The translations under genes and the position numbers were made by a program. This document shows positions 14,583-27,096 of a DNA stretch of 64,000 bases, piece after piece. Numbering within the stretch: position 1 is the first letter of the stretch; each line of letters starts with the position of its first letter. The DNA comes from Fimbriosthenelais zetlandica (taxonomy: Eukaryota), in assembly GCA_977030845.1 (NCBI GenBank), contig OZ365116.1, forward strand, positions 18,600,001-18,664,000. The letters are read 5' to 3'. The notes below the pieces were generated by a model that saw nothing but the letters and a program-made list of their open reading frames with translations, made no database searches and was not told where the DNA came from.

Positions 14583-17132
14583 GTTATTTCTCAGGAGAAG
14601 GCCCTTTGGGAGGAAAACAGACAAACATATAGGAGTCCATACAAGTACCATATGTCGTGTGAGGACGGCAGTCTTGTATGTATATATGCACGTTGATTGA
14701 AGTAAGCACGTTCCAGGTGGAGATACTTGGTGGCGCTGCGTGCGCCTATACTGTAGACAAGATGTGGAATGGCAAGAAGCAGTGGCACATAAATATTTGG
14801 GGTTAAATTGGAGAGATATAAAAGTTGTTTTAGGGTGAGTGAAGGCATGGTAAAGAAAGTGGATCTGGGATCTGTTGGTCTAGGTCTGTGAGGGTGATGA
14901 CTGTAGGGTATGTGAGGAACGGATAGGGGTCCAATCCATATATCAACATCACCCAAGTTCCGTCACTTCATTAAAGAATTCACCAGGCTTTGGCTGCTAT
15001 GTCAGTTAATAAGCAGCAATAGTTGTGCTGTCAATATCTCGAGTTGGATCAAGATACCAGGTTTTCAGCACTGTTACATGGGACATGTAGTGGGGTAGTG
15101 ACTGCTTGCCTCACTGACTACCTGGCTGGTGCTCTATGGATGTGAGGTATGGAGGAGGTCTGTAGCAGGAATGCTGGTCGCCGAGGGCTGTTTACAAATA
15201 TGTCATCTCCAAACACCTCCACACATCACACGACTCACCATGTGGTATTATGTTCCCTCCCATCCTCATTACATCCAAGATCCAAAACTACCCCTCCTCC
15301 TCCTTACATAACCCTCCCTGATTAACCTCAAAATATACATCTCACTGACATTTTAAATGTGAAAATGGAGCATTTCTTGAATCATTATTGAAGGTTTTGA
15401 GTTAATAAGTGTTCTAAAAGAGCTCAATAGTCTATAATGAAGATAATGGAGCAGCTCATGAAGGGAGCCAGCACTCCTGGCAGGAGTCATTTGTCCCTAT
15501 GTAAACATGAGAGGTGCTCTGATCGGCTGGAGCATTTAGCAAGCTGTTCCTGATTGCTTAATGGATGTTATGGGCTGAGTGTTTATACAAGTTTAACTAA
15601 CGAAGACAACTTAACCACTGGTGGACTGGGCTCAGTGATAAATACTCCAGTGTAATTGCTTTCTTTTTTGGAGTGGATGCTTTGAGCAGTGTATAACTGA
15701 TTTGAGACAGGAGGCTGGGGAAGATAATGTATTTGGATGTGCTGTGTCGGACCCTGGATGGATTGCATCCTAAGCAAATCTACATGATTAAACCTTCATA
15801 TATTTTCTTAAGTCTGTAATGAAGGTAACTAACTCCTATCCCCCCGATACCTTTCAACCACCGAGAATGAGTGGTGCTATATACTGAGTTCAACCTGAGC
15901 ATGTCTTCAGGTGTAATTACTCCAACCCGGATCCATGACCGCCATGAGTTTCAAACCTTGCCCTGGCAGCTTGCCAGTCCTCCAGTCCTTATCCCCCACC
16001 CTTCAACTCTATACTCTGTGACGCACTGCGTCCACTTTGTGCCTCAATGGACATCCATACTGAGCCTATGAGGCTCTGCTCTAAGCGCAAACTGGTAGAG
16101 AATATACTCTCCAGTCCCTTTGCTTTTGGTGCACGTGTTTTCTGCATTAAGCACCAATTCCTCCAGCCTGTACTCACCACTCCTCCATCTTCCTCCCAAC
16201 CACTCCTCCTCCTCCCCTCCACACCTGGAAGCACCTGATGCTACCTGTTGATTGATAAGTTCATAACCTTCTTTCCACTCTCCTACCCTTGACCTATGTC
16301 TTCCTCCTGTACATCCACTATGATTCCCCCCAGTTTTAACACTGATAGCTTTCCTGACTTCAATATTTGCCCAATTCAAATCAGCCTAGTGTATCACAGG
16401 TACTTTTTGACACCTGATACTTTTCCATGTCTGTGTCAGGGTGTTATATGTACCAGGTATATCACACCTGTATGAGTGATAGGGTTGGGGGTATATATTT
16501 ATGCCTGGGTTGTAGGGGTTAGGTTTTGATACTGACAGATGTAGGCCATGCATCCCTGGAGGAGGGAGAGGGCCTGGGTATTCTATATCCAGATGTCATC
16601 TGCCCATTACATGTGGATTTATACTCTGACAGAACCGAACTCTCTACCTTCTATATTGAAGATTTTACCCCTACCCAATTTACCCATTCTTTGAATGCCT
16701 GTGGAGAAAATGATCCAAAATAAACTAAAGTATCCTGTTTTTTGAGGAACTGAGTATTTTTTACTTTATTGGTATGTAGAAAGAGATTAAACTCAGACTG
16801 AGTGCATTCCTAGAAAAGCATCCACTGACTGGGAGATCCCCTTACTTCATGAACCCTCTGATTCACACCTTTCCTCCATGGCTACCCTCAGTGCTTCTTC
16901 AAGGAAACTTGGATATAAATAGTCGTGCATACCAGCACTGCCACAGGTGATTTTAGACCATGGTAACTTTATAGCTAACCCTCAAGACATCCATGCCTAT
17001 AAATCAATCAATTCGCCTCATCTTTTAACTCTTGATCCTATGTTGCCATTTTCTCCTAACTGTCCTTGTGTCAGTGTCGCCTTTGTTTGCAAGTAGCATA
17101 TGGCAATGTTCCTTTGTCCCTGGGCCTTTCTT

Positions 17133-17430
17133 TGTTAGAATATATGATCAATCTACCACAAGAGTTTGTAGAGAGATACTGAACAAACAGCTGCAGTAAA
17201 ACATTACAAACATCTGAATATTAGTCTGTAATCAGGACGGCGAATGACTTGGTCTTTGCTGCTGCCAGGGCCCTCCCAGCCACATGTTAGAATGTATGAT
17301 CAATCTACCACTTGACAGAAGAGTTTGTAGAGAGATACTGACCAAACAGCTGCAATAAAACATTACAGTCATCTGAATATTAGTCTGTAATCAGACTTGG
17401 TCGTTACTGCTGTCAGGGCCCTCCTCCAGC
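17133..17430 (+). repeat. Diverged ~147-bp direct tandem duplication
   Basis: Copies at 17133-17280 and 17285-17430 share tgttagaat..gatcaatctaccac..aagagtttgtagagagatactga..catctgaatattagtctgtaatcag..cagggccctc, with several indels and substitutions. Confidence 0.9.
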
Positions 17431-20120
17431 TGCAGCATCTAGCTGATTACGGTCAGTTAATGTGTGATATGAGAACACATGGTCCTTTACAGGATGACAG
17501 GCCTGATAGCTGACTTACACAACCTAGCAGACTTTATGTTGTGATAAGAGCTAACATTATTTGGGCATATATCACCTGCATGCATGCTATATCTGAGACT
17601 ATCTTGATTCAGCTGATTGGACCTTAGTGATTAACTGAGGTTTTTCATGCTCAGAATATCTCTAAAAACAAATCTGATGGCTTCTGCCTACCCCGACTAA
17701 ACATACCCCCTCCCCCTCCCATGTTAAACCCTTTTACCACCATGTATCGCCCATCACTCACCGTGCTCTGGTCGACATACCCCTCTAGGCCGGACTCCAC
17801 AAAGTAGCAGATATGTCTGAGCACTTATCTCCTGCCCTAGAATTGATATCTCTTCACTTGAAAGTGGCAGATTGGGGTCCTCCTCTTTGCCCTAACTCAC
17901 ACCCTGCATGTGCTCTAGTTTCTACCCTTGAAAAGTATCAGGAATGACCCTTAAAACCCATCTCTTGGCTCTTGCACAAACTACTTACAAAGTAGCTAAT
18001 ATTTTAATTCGTATCTGACCCAATGGCAGCTAATAACCCAGGTGATAAGCCCAGCTGAGGCCCCAGATGTTTTCTCGAAACATTTTCAGACTTAGTAAAT
18101 CATCTTGGGATCTTGCCTGAAATTGAAAATGACCTCGGTCTTGACTTAGAGATGACCTTGGGGTGGAGGAAGGTATATCTATTTGTAGGATCTCCTTGAA
18201 GAGGTGTTATATGTGTGATCCCTGACTCATTACACACAACCTCCTCACATCTGGTCTGGGTCAAGGTCAAAGGGCTTGACCTTGGGGTTTTCTTTAACTT
18301 TCGACCTTCACCTAACTTCACTTCAGCTACATTGTATGGGGGCATCTTTGTCCATCCTACCACTGTGCAGCTGACAAGTCTGGTCATAAATCTGTGAATC
18401 TGATTTGAAAACCCGGAAAATATAAACCTTGAGAACTTGATCAAATCTTAGAACTTGCTTCCATTTTCACTGACAGAGGATTATGAATTCTCTGCTGAAT
18501 TTGATCATATTATTAGCACACTTGCCAGGTGGGTGGCGGTGTAAGTTGTCGTAACTGTAAACTCCTACCTGTTAAGACTGTGGTATAGATTAACCTTTAT
18601 CTAGGGTCGGTGCCTGTCCCAAGCTTGAACCCTCAACCTGTATATCTCTCTCTAACTCTACAGTTCAATCAGTCTCCATATATACCCTCTATCTCTCCCC
18701 GCCCTGCCTCAGGTGTAGCAATGATAAACATGAATGATAAGAGGGGGAGGTGAGAATGTGTGATTTATGATATTCATCATTGAGTAAATCATCTTAGTCA
18801 TCTTACTCACTGCCCTTTCTATGTATGTGGTAGTTGAGTTTACATGAGCAGATGCTGACTGGATGTTGTACCTTGGTGCATACAGGGTATAGAGTACCCA
18901 GGTACCCCAGACCAGCTGGACCAAGTTGTCCAGAGGTCAGTGCTCACAGGAGGAAGCACAGGTCAGAAGGGTCAAACTGTGGAGAAGGGTGAAGGTCAGC
19001 AGGTGAGCTGGTCAGTCAGGAAGTGTGCTCCAGGTGTTTACCTACCAGCAGGAAATGCCATGACCAGCTTACATCAAATGGTGCGCTTGATAAGGTCAAA
19101 TAATACACTGGACACTGTATCTAACTCACAAATATAAATAACCCAGAATTACACTTTCCCTGATTGACTCAATTTCAAATTCAATTTCAATTTAAAAAAA
19201 AATGTATTCCGTACTATTAAGCCCTCCCTACTTTAGCTGGCCAGGTACTGCATGGTCTTACTTGTATATACACCCCTGATAGGTGCCACACCAAGGGGTA
19301 GGTGTGGTCAGTGGGCATCAGACCTCCTATATTGTGGTTTATGTTTAGATGGTCAGTGGCCTTTAACGGTACATCTTACAGAAGGCTAACCAAACTAAAC
19401 TTCCATTCCTGTTCACCAATGCTGTAGAGATCTCTATACTGCTGGAGCATGTATAATGTATGACCACAAAGGTAAATAATCCTTGTAGATGGGTTTTACC
19501 TGGAAATTCCCTAAATCAGCCTCTTCAATATTAAATGGGCCGATGATTTAATGGCTTACTAACATGTGGTTGATATTGATTTGTCGGCAATGTTCAGAAC
19601 TGAAGTTGGTTATACTTTAATTAATCAACTCTGTACACTCTCATTCTTAAATATAATTGCCATAGATCTACTGGCTAACAGTTCATAATTCAGTAGGAGA
19701 TTCTCTTTGACTGAACCTCGTCCATGTATATTTTATCATAGTACATGACACCTTTTTATTATATATTACGCTCTAGATATTTTATAATCAGCCCACCCCT
19801 CAGGACTGCAGACATTATCGATTGCGTCTTATTGATCTGTCCCATTTTCCTGCTATGAAATTAATCAGCTTGGTAGCAGCATATTGGCGGCGATCGACTG
19901 AAAGGAAACTATTAGAGGATATGGTCAAATATGCACTCCGTTCCTATACGCAACGACGCAGTGTTTACCATGAGTTAAATATAGCGATATGGAACTAAAG
20001 ATTGAAAGTCCGAGGGTACTGCGAGTTAGATAGAAAAACGACCTTAAATGAGTTAATGATAATTTAACATTAAAGGGTTGCTTAACCACGCTCTGAGATA
20101 ATGCCCCTGCCTCTCAGACT

Positions 20121-20217
20121 ACCGGATGTGCTATTATGTGATCGGCCTACTACTCATTGGTTCCAATCAACCAATCAATACTCTGCAATATTTTATTTAT
20201 TATAGCCTATGTCCAAT
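20121..20217. promoter_or_regulatory. ETS plus multiple CCAAT boxes, promoter-like
   Basis: ACCGGATGTG at 20121-20130, ATTGG at 20156, CCAATCA at 20163, 20171 and 20213; the flank at 19.88-20.13 kb is relatively CpG-rich. Confidence 0.35.
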
Positions 20218-23200
20218 CAATACTTGGCTTACAGCTTAAGGTTCAATCCATTCATACAGATGCTGAGTCATGCATTGTGTGTGCATGTGTGAAAAGACTC
20301 CCTAATCACACAAAGCCAATTCTGATTTTTTTTTCATCCAGCTCATTTCATCTCTACAGAGTACAATTTTACCATTGTGTGTGAGATCAGGACATTACAA
20401 GATCTGATTATGGATATATAATATTATCCAGACATCTCCCGTATTATAAAGTGAATAATTCACATTAAGTTTAGGTAAATTGCCAACATTTGTGTTCTCA
20501 CATTAGTAAGTTAGGTGGAGTATGTGATTGTAACCTGTGTAATACCTCGACTACTCATCATTATTTACCCACCTATACCACTCTACCTACTACAGCTGGC
20601 ACCCAGCCCACACCTGCTAGCCGCCTTATCCCCTTGTATACAACTCATGTCTTAGACTTACTACCCGTACACATACACAACTTGACTGCTTCCTTCACTT
20701 TTTCCTCCTTTATTTTTGCATCTCTCGTCGTCAGGGATAATTGCTAGTGGAGAGAGAAAAACAGCTGTTGGCATTAGTTCTTGCTATTAAGGCGTATTAT
20801 TTACTGCTCGTGGCCAAATATTATTACAAACAATGTTTGTAAACGTTATTGTATATAATAGGAACTGATTGCCTATCTTCCTCAGCTGGACCCCTGCTAG
20901 ATTAAATGTGTTGTTAGACAAAGAAAAGTGTGGTAAACATTTTGAATATTGCACAGACGAATTTGAAATAGACAGCAGGCAGCTTCCCTGCTGGCAGATC
21001 TAGGTGTGTAGTGGTTGTAGTAGTCATTCTGCTTGGAATGGCCTGCTAAATCATATCGTGAAAAATGTGTTGCGTCCCAGGGAGAAAATGAGGAAAAAAT
21101 GTTTGCTCCATGTTTTTGTATGGTGTTGCCCGGCCACCTGTAGTTGGGGTGTGGTGTTCAGTGGTTGGTAGTGGGCTGAGAGTGGATGGATGCTGGGATG
21201 GGGCAGAACCATGCATGTGGTAACAATTAAACTCACCTACTCTCAATTCAGGCTCATATCACCTGGAGCAACTCATGTCCACCAGTACCTGGATGATTAT
21301 AGACGGTTAACGTAAGATGGAGACAAAGCATCTCATTTTTTGGATGCAAGGAATGCACCAATTGCTTCATGTCTACCTACAAAGAAAGGACTTTGAGGCA
21401 ATGATGAGTCTAGCTGTGCCCACCCTTGTATAGTGCCTATATTGTCTAGATATATCAGTAAAGGATGAGGTATTGGATAGTTTATTTATACACTTCCACC
21501 AAGTCCCACCAGGTGTCGGAATATGACCACCTGAAGTGAAGTAACTTCTAGTGAAGTCTTCATCACACGCTTTGTGTTCATATATCAACTTTCATAACTC
21601 TCACCCTCATAACCTGTTTGTGGTGTTCTGCACAAACTCCAAGATATGAAAACACTTTGACAGCTGGAGACATCAAAGCTAACCCTTCTCCTCAGTTATG
21701 ACTAATGTTATCCCATCTCAGAGGGAAGGTTCATTTGTTTATCTTTTGAATTATCGGTATAGATCATGGTCCGTCACAGTACACAAACCTTGGGTGATGT
21801 ATTTATCTAGTCATCCCGGCTGATAACTTATTTCTAAATATCAAACGGGTTTATCAAATATGACAAATTGAATGAGAAATGGCCATAGTGTATGCAGGCT
21901 TTTGGAGCATCAAGCAGCGCTGTATGGTATAAAGTGGCCCCCAGTGGAGGTAGACCTGGCGGTGTATGAGGGTGGTGGTGGGGAGGAGCAGATGATGTGT
22001 GGATACCTGTCACACCTGTTCTCTCCTCCAGGTCAAAACCTTCCATTCTGACGTCATCCCAACCCTGGAGTAAGGTGAAGCCCACCTGCTTACGTCACAA
22101 TTCAAACTTCCAGAAAACAGCCTGCCCTAGGCTATTCCATCTGATACCTTGACTTGAACTGTGATTATGTGGTAGAATTTGACTTAAGGTTTCAAGAAAC
22201 TTTCATGTCACCTTGCAGTATTCATCTTTTATTGACTGCCTGGATTTAGACTTGAAAATTGTTAAGATTTGCAAAAATGTATCTGAATTCACTGGAAGGA
22301 TATTTACACCCGATTTCCCTCCCCATTAACCTGAATGCCCCATAGAACTTTGACAGCTGTAGCTATATGTGGCTCCACCTAGCGAGTGAGCATTCAACTA
22401 GTGAGAAACTTATCAGAATGGGAGTAAAACATCATGTTTTTTCTGTATTTATTTCTTTATTGATATGGACATTTAGTTACAGTTCTTTGGTAACCTTACA
22501 AAAAAATTGATTTATTGTACTACAAAGAAGTAGTTGCTAAACTATACTACAGAATAATATTCACCTACGACTACTGACTATCAGATTCACAACGATCCCT
22601 GCCTCCGACCGTCAAGCAGTACGGCCCAGCAGATATATAATGTCTACATCTCTACACGTTACTTTATACAGCATTTCATGTTTGATCATATAAGTTTAAT
22701 GTTAGTACAGAGGGTCTAGTTCAGTGTCATTTACACAAACTATGTAACTAAGATATACAAATCTAATTCTATCTACAAGCTAAGACTGCGGACTCAGGGT
22801 TGAGAGTCAGGCATAAGATGTGGTCAACACAGCGGAAATGTCCTCAAGCATCCCTTCATATATCGGCAATTTCTGTGTGAAAGGCAGTGAATATTATGAA
22901 CCTTAAAGCAAGTATCAATTCTTAAAGTCCTCATGCATATCATCATTTCTTTATACAAGCAGGACTGTTAATCTCCAATAGGTACATTTGATTGTCCTCC
23001 TCCTTTGTGTTTCAATTCCACAATATGCTTTCCACCTTGGGAGAGTTAGCATGTATTCAAGATAAAGGGGATACACAAAGCTAGCCAAATTAGAGTTCCC
23101 AGGCACAGGTGCATCTATGCTCTGACAGCACTAAAATCAACTGGTTGCTGCTCAGAAGCGTTTCATATCCAAATGAGTTCAAATGGAAATGAAATGATGA

Positions 23201-23335
23201 GGCGTTTAGCTTAGTATACGCCTGCCTTAAATCTTGAAACTGCTCGACTTTCATTACCTATGACCGTGGATCAGACCACATTTATAATAGGTAAAACTCT
23301 CCCAGCCTTTTGCCTAACTTCCAACCCTGTCTGTC

Positions 23336-25518
23336 CTAGAGTTCGTTGGGTGGGTAGCGTGAACTAGGTCCAGGCATAGCCTCGTATGATGATATAGAGT
23401 ATGCTCTTTGGTTGTCAAGGAAGTGGTGACCATGGTGACTGAGTCTGTCACTCTGCCTGTCACTGGGATGCTGACTGTCACAGTGGTGACTGTCGTTACT
23501 AAGACAACTTGTATGAGATGTAGCGAAGGAGTATTGGTTGGAGGCGTGAGATGGAGAAGAGGAGCCTGCTGAGGAGGCATGACCCACAACACCCACTCTT
23601 AGAGGCCCGTATAGGCTGGCATTATCAAATGTCCTGTTGAGAAAATAGAGAGGAAACATTACTTTCCATACTAAATGCACACAATATAATTTTTTTTTAT
23701 TTTTTATCAATCTTGTCAATTAGGAGTTGTTCTGTTTAGGGTTAAATCTACTCAGGGTATTACATAATTCTCACCTTTTCTTTATCCTGTGTGCTAGAGT
23801 TGCCATTGCTGCTATCACAAATATAATAGCTATTGCTGATCCTGATATGATAGCCACTGTATAAGAAAGAAGTATGTTGTAAGTATAGATATGAATAGAC
23901 AAGCTATATACTTCAATAGTTGTTGATAAAGTTGGTGACAATATCCACATAACCTGTTAAATGACAGATGACATTTGAATGGCACATGATGCCTCCAGCA
24001 TGTGACCTAGCCCCCAGGCTGAGGTGCTATTATAGGTGTAATCCATCTGTGGTGGGCATTAATACACTCATCACACTGACCAGTGGTCAGCTAGACACAC
24101 CTGTATCTACCCTCCAGCTCGCCACCTGACCACTAATTCATACATTACGTATTCACTAAATCACTGTAGAAACAAACTACCATAGAATATATTATACTCA
24201 CCAAGAGTCACTTTAGATCCCAGACCACTTTGCGGTTTACTTTTCTCAGCTGAAAAGGGATTTGTAGATCAGCGTTCATGTGTATACATAGATGGAGATT
24301 AGATTCTCCAATTTCACTCAATTTTGCTACTTTTTTGAAAGTTAAGTTCCTGGTTGGTATTAGAGATAATTTAATGTGACATATTTAGCGTTTAATGGTC
24401 TTACCTTTATCTTGAGATTCGTTAGGTGTAATACCAGGTATTCCCACTTTAGGGTAGATTGTCGTAGGTTGTGTGGAGGATTTTAACACATGATTTCCAT
24501 CGGCTATTCAGGGTGGGAGAAAGGAGAGAGACACAACTTTATATATACCGTATCTTATGTAAGTGGACTGTGTCGGCATGTATGAAGATAATTTCACGTC
24601 TTTTAAACATTTACTCACCTGACAGACACTCATACTCTATCTGGAAGTACCTCGTCTGACCATTCTTGCCACATGAGAGGCCTGTCTTCTGATTATCACT
24701 GTAGGCGGCACTCACTGTACACGAGGTTTGATTGTCACATCTCTCCATGGCCCCTTCCTGGACCTGTACAAATATTGAAAACCAATCATCAAGTTGGTCA
24801 AATATTATGACAATAGGAAATCCCCTGACAGTCCACCAAGCATTTGTGTCTCAAAAATAATCTGAGAAAATTTGAGAAGGGATTATAATTACCACACAGT
24901 CCCAGGCCCTGTAGGAGCAGGCCTTGTAACGACTGATCCCCGTGAATGACGTCAGAGTGTGGATGACGTACCCTGATGGACAGCGAAGGTTGATGTTAGC
25001 CTGGCCATGAATGTCATAACACAGACTCGACCTGTACGTGTCTAAATGAAATAAACTCTGTTACAGAGGCACAATGATAATATTAACACACAAAGGCAGA
25101 CCTTGTCACAATAGCAATTGATATCTTGGGAAGAAAACTGAAAGTTTACCTGGCAGACTTGATAGAGCTACATTGGTTAGCATCACAATCTGTATGTAGT
25201 AAACTAAGATGGCCTTCATCTTCCACTATGTTTGTATTGTCCTCCCTGTGTCTTCCTTGAGTAAAAGAGTCAGTACTTGAGGTTCAAATCAACTGTCAAC
25301 TGGTGAACTTGTCCTGTCTAATGTTCCTCAGTGTTTTGGGTTGAGTGTTTGTTAGCATTGAAGCTGACAGCTTCTCTGATCTGTTGTTGATTGTGTGGTC
25401 TTTTGATGAACATAGATGTACCATTACACACAGTAATCATACTAAATACTGATAGAGACAACTCCTCTCTCAGTCTATAGGTAACATGTGGGATGATGGT
25501 GAGAGGGTGGGGGTCCAT
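23336..25518 (-). CDS. G8: SUEL-only type I membrane protein (no CUB) with ITIM-like tail (~278 aa)
   Basis: Exons 24893-25041 and 24619-24763 (SUEL, 8 Cys, LCY..RCPSGYVI..SFTGI..RYFQIEYEC), 24202-24249 (linker), 23775-23856 (TM VAIISGSAIAIIFVIAAMATLA-HRIKKR), 23336-23633 (tail). The 5' exons 25422-25518 and 25150-25167 are less certain because the signal peptide is weak. These exons are mostly absent from the ORF track. Confidence 0.8.
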
Positions 25519-27096
25519 CTATGGATAGTTCCACTCATCTCGTGGATGTGATACAGGGGGAGGGGGCTAGCCCTAAAATCTCTCTAAATTTGCTGAATGA
25601 CAGAGTGATGCCATGTAGGGTAGCTTGAGGGTGGGACGTGTAAAATGGAGGATAAGTGCAGGATAAGTGTCAGTGTCCCTCATCAGTGTAACAGACTGTG
25701 ACAATAACAGGTGCAGGATAATCATGGCATCATTATTATCCTCAGGGCAGAGCAAGGTGGTGGATTATTGGCCATAATCTACCTGCTGGAAACCTGTGAT
25801 TCTGAAGGTGTTTTAAGCATACACACTGCCATTCCCTGATTCCCTATCTTGCATTTTAATGTGCACCTGAAACTGAATAATATATATGTTTCTCCCAATT
25901 CACTCAGTTGAGAATTGATCAGTCCAATACTGTGGTCATTCGTGAATTAAGGCATAATATATATGGAAAATATTTAGTCTTTGGAGGAGACCTTTTGTAG
26001 AGAATGATTTGATACTTTGGTTCGCTTAATAGTGTGAACAGCTGTGACAATCACTATACTAGGTCCAGTCAGCATGTGGCCCTGCACACCTTACCACAGT
26101 GGTTTATACATGCTTGTGGAATGCTAGTATGGCCACAGGTTACACTCGGGACCAAGATAAATATGCTATGAATGCTTTGGATCTAATACCCTAATATGTA
26201 TCTGTACTGTTATGGCGAATGCTACTAGAAATACTGAATAAGATTTTTAGTTATTTCTCTGGAGAATAAGTTATTCAGAAATATGTCTATATTGTCTATG
26301 ACATTTTACTTATTAAACAAAAAGACCCAAAAGTAACTTTATTTTAATATTTATTTTCGTGAATTATTTAATTGAATTTACAATCTCTTCCACTGATATT
26401 ATATGGCTTATTCTACAATTATGTAGTATTACTAATGAAGAACCTATTCCAGACGAGATGTTTATAAATATAGACCCTATATAACTACACCACTTGGTGG
26501 TACAGAAGCTTCTAAATCTAAAAGAGAAACTGTGTAGGTTTGGACAGAGGTACATTGTATAAGTTACACTTGATTTATAAATAAGAAGATTCTCATTAAT
26601 AACAGTATGAACGCATATAAAACACAACATCCACAAAGCACGATCTATGTACATCGGTGAAATTATACAAACTTATAAATCTATCTTTTTGTTTTTTCTT
26701 TGAGTTCGATTATAGTTTTCATATATGCAGAACTAGAACTAGGAAAGGGTATGAACCTTTTTCATTAATATTCTTTCTATATATATACAGTTGTTTTAGC
26801 ACATATCAACCAAATCAGGGGTTGGTTGCTCCAGCCTGTATGTGCCAAAATTTGAAGGTGACATCATTCAGTTCTCTTAAACCTCGAGCTTGATGCTGTG
26901 AAATTTTCAACCGTCAGTCTGCCCTCTTGTATCAACCTGAAGTAAAGATAATTTACATGTAAGGCACACTTGTCAGTTATTCTGGCTCGGTTATAAACGA
27001 TTCATTATCGTATTTGGATAGAGTGAGTTCTCTTCATTTTCTTAAAGTATGTATTCATTTATTAAGAGATTGAAGTCAGCATGAGCTCCTCCACCT

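Noticed and set aside
18909-18932. WTTWSSWS, a thrombospondin-1-like motif on the minus strand
   Set aside because: The following CSxxCG and RxRxC are absent, there is an in-frame stop upstream, and no usable acceptor.
20157-20384. Plus-strand ORF with a hydrophobic N-terminus
   Set aside because: It starts at TTG rather than ATG, coincides with CCAAT repeats and has no exon support.
26374-26700. Stop-riddled plus-strand frame containing MYIGE (GIY-YIG/Penelope-like)
   Set aside because: No other endonuclease or RT motifs are present; too weak to call a mobile element without a Dfam/Repbase search.
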